A stretch of DNA of 64,000 nucleotides from Utricularia gibba. Its lineage: Eukaryota; Plantae; Magnoliophyta. The number at the start of each line of letters is the position of its first letter. The first letter of the stretch is position 1. Positions 9,706-22,500 of this stretch are shown here, piece after piece. The stretch spans positions 310,001-374,000 of the forward strand of contig NEEC01000002.1 in NCBI GenBank assembly GCA_002189035.1, written 5' to 3'. A program made the translations under genes and the position numbers. Below the pieces are notes generated by a model. The model made no database searches, was not told where the DNA came from, and saw only the letters and a list, made by a program, of their open reading frames with translations.

Positions 9706-12575
9706 ATGTCCTTCCCTGGGTTGAAGAGGATGAGGCTGCCCAGAAGCTACGGCAAGAGGAAAGGGGATGATTATCTGGAAGGAGTGGTGAGTGATTTCAT
9801 CGAGAAACAGGCGAAGACGAGGCGATTGAGGAGGGGCTGCTCATCGAGGGTTATGGCGTGTTTGCAGTTCACTTTTGCATTGTATGCCGTCTCTGTGCTG
9901 CTCTACATCACCCCCCGGTTGATCTGAGGGACCCCATTATTCGGGCGATGAGGCATTTCCTCTCCGGCGGGGCCCCGCTGCCGAAAGCAGAGCAGCTCTG
10001 TGAGTATGAGAATCTCAACTTTGAGCAGAAGAAGTCGAATGATAATGTCACGAGCACGTTGAAGAAGGAGCTTTACAGGGAGGTGGCTGATTTCCAGAGA
10101 AGGGAATTCGGGGTGGAGACTCTCCCGGAGCTGATGGCGATGGAATCCAAGTGGGGTGTCAAGAGGCGGAACTTTCCGAGAATCACAGTGATCCTGAACC
10201 ATTTCAAGCGCAAGACTCTGTGCGCGCAGATCGATTCTCTTCTGCGTCAGACGCTTCCCTTTCATCGTCTGTGGGTGGTTTGTTTCGGTAGCTCTACAGA
10301 GAGGTCGTTGAGGAAGATCGTGGAGAGTTACAACAACTCCAAAATAAGCCTCATCAGCTCAGATTATGACTTCAAGTACTATGGGAAGTTTCAGGTGGCT
10401 CTGCAAGCAGAGTCTGATCTTGTCTACAGTCTTGATGATGACGTGATTCCGGGGAAGAAGATGCTGGAGATTCTGTCGCATGTTGCCGGAACCAATAAGT
10501 ACAGTAACGCTGTTCTGGGAAGCAGTGGGAGGATTCTACCTTTCAGAAAGCAGAACTCATATTTCCCAAGTTACAAGAAGTTGAGATCAAAGGAAGCAGG
10601 CATCTATTTGCCTGACCCTGCTTATGATATCACCCTTGAGAGAGTAGTCAGAGTGGATTTCCTCTCAAGCTCCTGGTTCATGTCGTCTGAGCTGGTTAAA
10701 GCCTTGTTCATCGAGACCCCTTCACCTTCACAACAGGGGAGGATCTCCACTTAAGGTACGCGAACTAGCTGAATTCGATCCATCCTTGACGAGGATAAAG
10801 TGATCACGATTGGTTTTTGGTGCAGCTACGAGCTGCAGAAGTACCGGGACGCGAGCTCCTTCGTGCTACCTGTGGATCCGAATGACAGAGAAACATGGGG
10901 AGACACAGACCACAGACTAGCTTATGTTTCAGAAACATCTGACAAGGAAAGCGTTAGGATGCGGGACGAGCAATGGTGGAAGGCTCTTTCATCAGGGTAT
11001 GTGACGCAATGGGCTGCAATGTATCCCCAGAAAGTGGATGCCCTCTTCTACGCACACTCGCTGGATGATGTCCGAGAAATGGCTCCTCTGATTCAAAGTT
11101 TGAGACAGCAGCCGGTAAAAAGGCTTACCTTGTTGTATCAGGAGGGAAGTTCTGTCCCTGCGAAGAGTCAGCTTCAATCCTGCAGTGGAGTAAATCTGTT
11201 TGCACCGTGAGGAAGTTCAAGATTCTTGATCTTGGAATTAGTTCATTGACAGGGGTATCAAGTTCAGATGTTCCAGTTCTTCAGAGTATCTTTGCTAGCA
11301 TGAAAGGTGTCCTTAAGATCCATAATCCCAGCGTTGTGATCACAGTCTCTGAGACTCATAAAAATGTCCAGAAAGCCTTGTTCTTGGCCACAGGGACTAG
11401 CAAAAATGCAACAACTCTCCTTCTCCTGCCAAGGATTCTGTTCCCAGAGCTCTCTGGATTGCTGATGTTCACTCTAAAGCATTACCTTGTAATTGCTGCT
11501 TCCCTTCCTCATGATCCCTGTTCACGATCTGTAGTCTTACTGAAACTTGTCTTGCAGATTGGAACAAGATGAAGCTGAGCATCAGCATCATTACACAGAA
11601 CCGGGCTCCTTCTCTTTCAAGGCTACTGAGCTCCATCAACAGGGCCTTTTTCTTGGAGATACAATTCCCATAACATTCAACATAGACTCCAAAGTGGATG
11701 AACCAACAATGCATCTAGTCAGATCCTTCGAATGGAGACATGGGCCGAAGATCATACGTCGCAGGAGCCTTCATGGCGGCTTAATTCCAGCAGTGAGCGA
11801 GAGCTGGTACCCTTCATCAGATGATGAGTTCGGCCTGTTACTCGAGGATGACACAGAGGTCTCCCCTTTCTTCTACATGTGGATCAAGTACACCATTTTG
11901 TCGTATTTCTACCCTAAAGCTTCCCTTTCTGAACTCAATTCCATCTCCCTATACACTCCAAGACTGGTTGAAGTGCCCCGAGAGAGACAGAGATGGAATG
12001 CAACTGATTTTTTCAAGAAAATCCATCCAAACACCCCTTACCTCCACCAGCTCCCCTGTAGCTGGGGTGCAGTCTTCTTCCCCAAGCACTGGAGAGAGTT
12101 GATCAGCTACATGTCAATGAGGCTCAGAGAGAAGAACACAACGCAGAATCCTGTGGAAATTCCCTATTCCAGATCAAATCTCTGGAAATCTTCATGGAAG
12201 AAGCACCTCATAGAAATGATGTATCTCAGAGGGTACGTCACGCTCTACCCCAACTTCCCCAACCAAACCAGCTTCTCCACCAATCACCTGGAGCCAGGGG
12301 AGCATATAAATGCCACAGGGAATCCTCTGAAACATGAAAAGACAGACTACGAGGTTCCATTGATGGAAGATGACTTCATCAACCTGCTACCCAGTGGGGA
12401 GCTCCCTCGAGCTTCAAGTTTACCTTCCTTGGACCTCTTCAACCAGAGAGTGTCATTAAAAGGGCTGAAGGCTGCAGGGGCGAAGCTGAGGCAAGATGTA
12501 ATAGAATGTCGGGAGAATGAGACCGTTGTAGTGAACCATGAAACTGGTCTCCCGTCACACTGTGCTGTCTTCTGA
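9706..12575 (+). CDS. Type II membrane glycosyltransferase-like protein (GT2-like domain plus C-terminal LEDD domain; At5g60700-like), with five apparent -1 frameshifts
   Basis: N-terminal TM segment, then ITVILNHFKRKTLCAQ, YSLDDDVIPG, DFLSSSWF, LLLEDDTEVSP, HQLPCSWG, MYLRGYVTLYPNFPNQ. Introns 10756-10825 and 11489-11557. Frame restored by one extra base each at about 9911-9916, 10717-10720, 11105-11113, 11431-11432 and 11647-11651. Confidence 0.85.
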
Positions 12576-13500
12576 TGGGATCTTCTGGTTCTTTTCACAA
12601 ATTTTACTATCCGTTATCTTTCAAAATTCAAACAATTTAAATAATTACCTCGGTTTTATTTTTTTTTACCGTGGGTCCCACAATTGGAAGAGTTAATGGG
12701 GGTAATATTGGAATTTAAAATATATGAGTTATTACATTTTTTATATTACGAAAGCGGAAACAATAAATAAATAAATAAAATAAAACAAATAAAAGGGAAG
12801 AGCTCGGGTTTTGGTGCAGGAGTTCCCCCTTCTCGGACCGAGGTTCTCTGTTTCTTCCACCCTCGTACTGAAAAGAACCGCCTATACATCATACGCGTTT
12901 CTGTAGTTGGACTCATTCGCTCAGGAGAAACAGCAGTTTCTTGGGCCATTTCCTCCTACGCTTCTGCTTCGCAGATACCTAGAATGGTGTGGGTTTAGTT
13001 TGGAGTGTTTCAATTTTCCGAGAGCACGACGCGATTTTGCCTTCAAGGGTCGGATTGGTCTTTATATCGCGTTCACGGTAAGATGATTGCAAGAATCTGC
13101 TTCTAGTTTTTTTTTTTTTGTGTTTTATTTCTTGATTTTTTGCTGTGGATTGATATTGGTTGATGCTTATGAATGTTGTTAAACAGTGGGGCTTTGGATT
13201 TTCTCTTTCGCCTGCTTTGGGGTTATATAGTTTCCCATACCATAAGTACATGCTAATTTGAGCTGTAGGGTGACGGGAGTCTAAGTGGCCCTTAAGTAAG
13301 CTGTTAAAAAGAGTTTAATGCAGTTGCCTTCTTATATATATGCAGCGTGCATATATACTGGCAGTGATTTTTCTTCATTTCCAGTTTGCTACTACTATGT
13401 CTCTTCTGTGGCAAGTTTTTTTTTCATTCTTCAGCAAGATTGAGTGTTTTGTGGGAACTCGAGGGAAATAATTTCCGTTATTAGCTGCTGCAGCTAGGGG

Positions 13501-16500
13501 ATGTCTCGTTCCGAGGAGTTATGGGAGAGGTTGGTACGAGGGGCATTGCGTGGACGAAGAGTAGGTGGTGGTAACTTGTATGTACAGCCTGACGCTGGAC
13601 TCGCTGCAACTGTGCCTTCATCTCTGGCAAACAAGGATATTGATGACATACTGAGGGCTGCGGATGAAATTCAAGATGATGATCCTAATGTTTCTAGAAT
13701 ATGTATGCTTTTTTTTTTTGTCTGTGGATAACACTTATTGTTGCCTATGGCATTTGCTTTTGGCCTCATGTTCACCGTTCTTTCTCTTTCAGTGTGTGAG
13801 CATGCTTATTCACTGGCTCAAAATCTGGACCCAAATAGTGAGGGAAGGGGTGTATTGCAGTTCAAGACTGGTTTGATGTCTGTTATCAAGGTAACTCAGA
13901 TTCTATGGAGACTTCTAATGCAATCTTTTAGTTTGGTCTGTGTTGTACTTCTTCATTTCTCTATATGTCACCATTTTTGTTGTTTATATTTTTCCATGTT
14001 TGGGTAATTGTGTGCTCAAACCTAAATGATGTATTTTTTTAAAAATATTTTTTTCTTTGTGAATGTTCACGTACAATTTATTCACTTTTGGTTTTTTATC
14101 CCATTTCAGCAAAAGCTGGCGAAGAGAGAGGTTGGAGGAATAGATCGCAGCAACGATATTGCTCGCTTGCGTGAGTTTTACAAGCAATATAGACAACTCC
14201 ATGATGTGGACAGGCTACGGGAAGAGGAGCTGAAATTGCGAGATTCTGGTGTCTTTAGTGGTAACCTTGGAGAGTATGTTCTTCAACTGTATTTCTTTTT
14301 ATCTACTCTCTTGCTCTTGGAATTTAAGAAATTGATGTCATTTTTGTTTTTTCATGTCAGTTAACACTTCACAGTACATTTCCCATTTTTTTGATCAGCT
14401 GTACATTTCCCATATTAGTGCTCCTGTCAGAGAATGCTTTTCTTCATTTTATAGGCTGGAACGTACAACATTGAAAAGAAAACGAGTACTGGCAACTTTG
14501 AAGGTACTTGGTAGTGTTCTGGAACAATTGAGCAAGGATATCTCTCCAGAAGAAGCTGAAAGGTTGATCCCTGCGGAGGTTCGACATTCTCCCTTTTGGC
14601 TTTAAAACTGCATGCTTTTTTATTGTTAACCATAGCATTCTTGCACTGGAAAAGTATTTTTATTTAGTTTTCCATCTTGTTTCTGCATATAGACATGTAT
14701 CTGCAGAAACGCACATAGAAATGTTCTTTCTGTGACATTCTTTATGTAATGATCCCTCTCAGTTGAAGCGAGTGATGGAATCAGATGCTGCAATGACGGA
14801 AGTTCCTTACAACATAATTCCTTTAGATGCTCCTAGTTTGACTAATGCTATTGTGACTTTTCCCGAGGTATTATATTTCTTCTGGGATTTGAGGCTAATG
14901 TATCTGGGTCCTTGTGCTTGACTGATTTCCTTTTACTTACTAGGTCAAAGCCGCAATTTCATCTTTGAATTATGTAAGAGACCTCCCAAAGCCACCCGGG
15001 ACATTCCCCACTCCAGATTCAAGGAAATTGGATATGCTTGACTATTTGCACTATATTTTTGGATTTCAGGTTTGATGGACGTTCCTGTCATTAATTTTGT
15101 GGTTCTATAAAATTCCTTGTTTCTCACAATTTACATTCCTGTGTCTTCCTCTGTAGTTGTAATTTTTTGTGTTCGGAAGCCCTAGGATGACGTTTTTTCT
15201 TATTCTTCTGCATTGGTTGGTTTGGCAGAAAGATAATGTTTCAAATCAGCGTGAACATGTCATTCACCTACTTGCAAACGAACAAAGTCGACTTCTGATT
15301 CCTGATGATGCTGAACCGGTTGGTCTCATTTCTTTTGTGTGTTAGTGTTGCATCACCGTATAGATATATTGATGTAGACTTCAAAATTTGCTAAAATATT
15401 TGTTGTATCTTTTCGTAGAACATTTTGATGACGATATATGCAATCTTGATGTTTCCAAAGTTCTGTGAAGTTGTTTCTTTTTTTTTCCACTTTATGCCTG
15501 TATTACATTTACAGATCTTGGATGAGGCTGCTGTCGAGAAAGTTTTTTTGAAGTCTCTTGACAACTACATTAAATGGTGTGACTATTTGGGAGAACGGCC
15601 CTTGTGGTACAAGTACGCTTATGTTTTGGAATTCGCTTCATCTATGTCTGAAGTTACAAATGGGATGTCATGACTTGTGCCTTCGAGTTCTTTTTCTCTC
15701 TCTAAAAGGGTCTCTTAGTTCAATTATTATAAAAGAGCTTTTTTTTTCATATATTTGCTGTAGGCATTTGAGCACTTTTTTTAATGCAAGCATGTCTTTT
15801 ATTTCGCTGCAGTGTTGTGGCCCTAAGCAAAGAGAGAAAGCTGTTATATGTTTCGCTGTATTTCTTGATCTGGGGTGAAGCAGCAAATGTTCGATTTCTC
15901 CCAGAATGCTTATGCTACATATTTCATCATGTAAGTGTGCCTCCATACCTAAAACTTTTGGCTTGAGATTTGTTTCGTAGTGAGCAAGTAGTGGTTCCTA
16001 TGACATATGCGTTTTGTGAATATGAATGGTACTTTATGGATGAAAACAATCTAGCTAGTACCTGATTTTCTTCTTCATCATTTGTTGTTGACCAGATGGG
16101 CATTGAACTAGAACAAATACTACAGCATCAGGTTGTTCAGCCAGCTGCTAGCTGTGTCTCTGAGTCAGGTGTCTCATTTATGGATCAAGTTATACGCCCT
16201 TTGTATGATGTAATTTCTGCGGTATGTCCATGTTTGTATATTAGTCATTTGATTCAAGGATTAGCCCTTGAATTTCTTTTTGATCTATGTTAAGGAAGCA
16301 GCCAACAACGAGAATGGCCGAGCACCTCATTCAGCTTGGAGAAATTATGATGATTTTAATGAGTACTTTTGGTAGGCGTCAGCATATATATTTAGTTTCC
16401 TTGATGTTTGATGCTCATGGGGCGCTGAATAAAAACCCTTTCTTTAAGGTCAAGAAATTGCTTTCAACTGAATTGGCCATTGGACAAGTCTTCACATTTT

Positions 16501-19500
16501 TTCCTGAAGCCAACACCTAGGTCAAAGGTACAGAATTAATTGTATTATATCTCTATCGGTAGCCTTTCCAGTTCTTTGTAATTCAAGTGCAAGTTAACTA
16601 GTTTCTTTTTAATAGAATATTTTGATGTCTACTGGAGGAAAACGCTTCGGAAAGACATCTTTTGTGGAGCATAGGTCATTCCTTCATCTTTATCACAGCT
16701 TTTACCGCCTCTGGATCTTCTTCCTGATTATGTTTCAGGTTCGTGAGCTTCAAAAGCGCAAGTCTCTTCATATATCTGATTTTTTTTCCTGAAAGGTGTT
16801 GATTCCTTGTCTACGCTTCTAGTAGCTGTAGTTTCTTATAGTTGTCTGCTAGAGAAATGAAAAGTTTTCTTGAGGTAGACAGAAAAGAGAGAGGCGAGTG
16901 ATAGGATACTTATAATATCCTGTGATCTCATCCTGCCTTGTTGGGGTGCAGATTTGTACAGTTTTAGTTAAACTTGCTGCAACAAAGAGCATTAGAGTGC
17001 CGTGATTTGTCTTTATTGCTTCTGTTGGTGATATAATTTTCACTTGAAGGATGTAGTCCTGCATAATTATAATCTGTTTGTTCAAGATTTTTTTCATCTA
17101 CTTTCTTTTTGTGTAACGCTGCACATTTCTTCTTCCTAGGGACTTACTCTAATTGCCTTCAATGATGGCCGCTTCAATTCAAGAAGCATCCGGGAGATTC
17201 TTAGTGTTGGAGTGACTTATTTCGTGATGAAATTTGTGCAATGTAAACCATCTTTGAGCACATGGTGGCGTGAGAAATTATAGTTTTTAACTCTCAATTC
17301 ATAATTATCTGGTTTAGACGGCCATCTCACCATAAATGAGGAAGATAGAATTCTAGACTGATATTTCAGCATCTAAAATGGCATATGGTTTTATTTTGAC
17401 TGATATTGTATGGTAGAAGACAAGTCCTTCTGGCTTTGACATGTGTGGCAAGGTTTTTTTTTTTTTTTCTGGTATCATTTTAGATAACTATGCCATCTAA
17501 AAACTGAATTCAAGAGTAGCATTTATCTTGTGTTCGACGTTTCCATTAGATTTCACTTTTTCTCTTTTGTGTACTAGGTCTGTTGGACATGATGATGATG
17601 TATGGGGCTTACTCTACCTCAAGGCGCTTAGCCGTCACCAGAATTTTTCTTCGCTTTATCAGCTATACTATAGCTTCAGCTGTCATATGTTTCATTTATG
17701 TGTATGATCTCTACTATTGCTATCTTTGTCTTGGTTTTGTGACATGCTAAGATAACGTGGAATATCGTTTCATATAACTCCAGGAGAATTCTTCAAGAGT
17801 CAAGCCGCGACCCATCTGGAAGCCCAATTATCTACAGAGTCTATGTTATATTTCTCGCTATCTTTGCTGGCTCAAAGCTTTTCTTAGGTTTATTGTTGCA
17901 CATTCCAGTGTGTCATCAGCTGTCCAATCAGTGTGATGGATGGTCCCTTGTTCGTTTTATGAAATGGATGCATCAGGTTTACACATTTTGTTAAATCTCT
18001 TCATTGATATTTTTCTTATGCCTTGATGCATGATTTGGTTCTGATGTTTTCTGATTACAGGAACATTACTATGTTGGTCGGGGGATGTATGAGAGAGCAT
18101 CTGATTTCATAAAGTAAATGCACCTCTTTTATCTTTAGAAAATTCGTCTTGCTTTCTGCTGCTATTCTTGCTCGTTGGTACTTTGTTGGTCTCATCTTTT
18201 ACAAAATAATTTGTGCATGTTGCGCGCTTCATAAGGGGCTGTGTTTCTGGGTAGTAAGGACGTTGGTCATCCAGCCAACGAAACCATCCTCATTGGTCCA
18301 GGCCTTGCATAGTATAAGTCTACTTAAATTGGTGGTCTAGCATAGATTGCATTTCTTCTGAATCTGATCTTGCTGTCTACTGTATAATTTTGTTGGTTCC
18401 ACCCCTTGGTGGTGTAAAATGTTTTTCAAGTTTTGATCTTAAAATTTTGCTAAGTCAATGAAGTCTTCTCCAAAGTTCTTTTTTCTTCCTGTTTTAAACT
18501 CGAACGTTTAAGAAAAAAGTCATATCTAAAAACTCAATGTGAATTTACACTTTGCAAGAGTTGCTGATGATATCCTACTTGTTTATCCATGCAGATATTT
18601 GTTCTTCTGGGTTATTGTGCTCGGATCAAAATTTTCTTTTGCCTATTTCCTTCTGGCAAGTTTTGATTGCCCTTTCTTTGATGTTTCTACTATGTTTTGA
18701 TGGTGGTTTAGCATGCGAGATTTTATGCTTTTGTGATTATTCTTTGATATGTTGTAGATAAGGCCCATGGTCGTTCCAACAAGGCTTATAGTTGACATGG
18801 ATATCAGGCTATATTCCTGGCATGATTTCTTTTCCCAACGTAAGTAATATCCTTTGTTAGTCATCTAGTTGTGCTTTTTTTTATGCGTCGCATTTTTTTC
18901 AAAACAAAAAGCGTCTGATAAACAAATACATATTTGATATTGACGCAATCACATCCTCCTTTTGGATTACATCTCCTGGACGTCCTTTGCTTTGATTATT
19001 GATCGGCATTTGGAATTCATCTTATTATTCTTCTTATTCATATTGTAATTTTCTATTTCTTCTGCTGATAATCATAATGCTTTGACTCCTCTAATATTGG
19101 TTTTTGGAGATCATCTTATCATTTTACTTATTCCTATTACATGTTATTTTCTTTTTCTTCCTGTAGATAATCATAATGCTCTGACTGTTGTAAGCTTGTG
19201 GGCGCCTGTTCTGGCTGTAAGCATGCTTTTTTTGCCTGTTTTTTCTTTATAACTCCTAGCCATCTTTTGCTATTGTGTATCAACAATTTGGAGTTTACGT
19301 TTGTAAACCTTGAGCATTACTTTTTCATTTATTATACATTCGATAGCCAAATCTCCTTAAAAATGATGGTTCTATCATTGTTATTGTCATTATATGCTTT
19401 GTATTTTTCTGCAGATCTATCTGCTAGACACCTATCTTTTCTATACCATTATATCAGCAGTCTGGGGTTTTCTTCTTGGTGCTAGAGATCGTCTTGGAGA

Positions 19501-22500
19501 AGTGAGATCTTTGTTACTAACTGTCACCATCTTTATCTTTCTCCAAAGTTGTGGAAAAGCCTCACCAGGAATATTTTTTACTTTTTGTGCTCCAGGATCC
19601 CTCTCTTGGTGGATCATGTGTGGTAGTTTTTTCAAAATATTTATTTCTTCCCATTTCCTTGAATTTCAGATTAGGTCTCTCGATGCTGTCCACCAACTTT
19701 TTGAGAAATTCCCAGAGGCATTTATGAAAACTTTGCACATACCCCTTTCTAACAGGTATGGTTTAGTATAACATATTTCAAACCCATATGAAAATGTAGC
19801 AGATCTAATGTTAGATCAAACACATTCTCTTTGTAGGATTTCAACCGAGTCACCTGCTGAGGTTTTGTCATTTTTCCATATCAAGCTCTTAACATCTTTT
19901 TCCCTCTTTTATCATTCCATCGTGTTATAGGATTGAATTCGTTGCTTTAGAGATCTAAAATTTCTTGAAACAAGAGTACTTCTTTTTGGAAGGTTGTGGA
20001 GAAGCACAAGATTGATGCTACTCGTTTTGCACCATTCTGGAATGAAATTGTGAAGAATCTGAGAGAGGAAGATTATGTCAATGATGTGTGAGTGCTGCTT
20101 CTTTTGATGGCTGCAAGCAAAACAAAAATTCTCACATTGCGATCTTCATCTCAAACACGTAGGGAATCTGAACTGCTTCATATGCCGAAAAATTCAGGGA
20201 TGCTTCCCCTTGTGCAATGGCCGCTCTTTCTTTTAGTTAGCAAGGTATGAGCATGGCTATTTGATTTTAGAATCAAGGTAATATTCTGAAACAATTCACT
20301 TATGGGGATAGTTGTGTTCATTGCCAATTTAATAATGCAGATATTCCTTGCCAAAGATATTGCTTTGGAGAACAGGGACTCCCAAGAAGAGCTGTGGGAT
20401 AGGATTACAAGAGATGATTACATGAAGTATGCTGTTGTCGAGTGCTTTTATAGTGTTAAATATATCCTAACAGCAGTTTTAGATACTGAAGGAAATCACG
20501 AGGGAAAGGAGTGGCAAGTTTCACTTTTCCTTAATTCTCTTTTTTTTGCCTACTCTTAAATCACTATACTAAATTGTTGTTTTTTAAAATGTCAGGGTGG
20601 AGAGGATATATGATGACATTCTATCAAGCATAAGTAATAGCAGTATTCACATCGACCTTCAGTTGGCTAAATTACCCCTTGTTATTCAGAAAGTTACTGC
20701 ACTGCTTGGGATACTGGTTTGTCACTCACTGTTTAGTTAACTTTCACAAATATGTCGTATGTGGTAAAATTGACTTGATTAATGCTCCATATCTCTTTGT
20801 TTGGTTTTATCCTCTATTTCTTAGAGTACTTCTTTTTCTTTATGTGGTTAAGTCTCTTTTTTTAAAAAAAAGCCATTTTAATTGCAGAATAGATTGAAAT
20901 GTAGATTTATTGTGCAATTATTTTACCTTTTTCTGGTCTGTTTTCGAACTCAAATATCTTTACAGAACATGCTGTTCATGATCCTAGAACTCTTAGAAGA
21001 TTGTGGGGAGAGTCCCTTCTCCTTCAATCTGGAATGCAGTTTTTGAATGTCACCTCCATTAGTACTTTTATAAGTAAATGACCTTGTTTCAAGTTATATT
21101 CTGTGAATCTTATTGTTTCATCTGTTGCCGATATGTCTGTGCAGAAAAAGGATCAAACACCTGAACTAGAAAGTGGCGCAGTTGGAGCTTTTTTGGACCT
21201 GTATGATGTTATGCGAGAAGATGTATTGTCTGTCAATATGCGGTTCGTTGTGTTACCTATATTTATTATATTTTTATTTTATTCTTCTCCTATTAACTCA
21301 AAACCATCGCAGTGATCATTACAACACTTGGTCTATGCTATCCAAAGCGCGGACTGATGGCACTCTCTTTCAGAAATTGAATTGGCCTAAAGATACAGAA
21401 TTAGTATGCTTTTTGGATCAAATATGTTTCATGCGTGTATACTTCATTCATCATTTCCTAAATATTGTGTACAATGCCCAGAAATCACAAATTGGAAGGT
21501 TATATTCCCTCCTCGCTGTCAAAGATTCTGCTGCAAATATACCAAAAAATCTGGAGGCTAGAAGGCGATTACAATTTTTCACTAACTCTCTTTTTATGGA
21601 GATGCCCGTAGCAAAACCTGTTAGAGAGATGCTATCCTTTAGGTCTGCTTTTGTTACTGGTTCTCATGTGTTATTGCTAGGTGTAATATGTGCCTGAATC
21701 CTTTTTTGTCTTGCAGTGTCTTCACTCCATACTATTCCGAGATTGTCCTTTACAGCATGCCTGATCTTCTTAAGAAAAACGAAGATGGGATTTCAACTTT
21801 GTTTTACCTCCAAAAGATATATCCAGGTGCCTGCACCACCTATTTTTGTCATGCTGCGTGAGCTCTTTTTATTTGCATTATGTAATGTGCTTACCGTTAC
21901 TATTTTCTTTTTATAGTGCCAGACCGAACAACATTACTAATACAAGCTCATTGATGCATCCCCCAAACCCTTAATAAAATGAAAACCACCGTCTGTTGCA
22001 TGATTAGTATATTCAACCCGAAGCTCTATTCTAGAATATTTTGACTTTATGGAGAGCATTATGTTTTCATGATGCAGATGAATGGAAGAATTTCCTTGAT
22101 CGAATTGGACTTGACGAGAACACATCGGAGTTAGCACTTGGTGATAATCCTTCTCATATCCTTGAGCTTCGGTTTTGGGCTTCTTACCGAGGGCAAACAT
22201 TAGCCAGAACAGGCAAGCCTTCTTGATCTCCTTCAGTTTTCCCTATACCTTGTGATTGTCTCCTGTTTTCTGTGGAATTACATAGTCGTATATGTGTAGA
22301 AGGTTTTCATTGTTTCCTGATGAATCCTTTGTGCTTGATAGTTCGAGGAATGATGTACTACAGGAAGGCTTTGATGCTTCAAGCGCATCTGGAACAGATA
22401 TCCAAAGGAGGTTTGCGTATTGATCGTATTTTCGGTATTGTTCTCTCCCTGTTTGCTGCAATAACGTAGCTTATTTTAGATTCAGAATCTGGAGCACATG

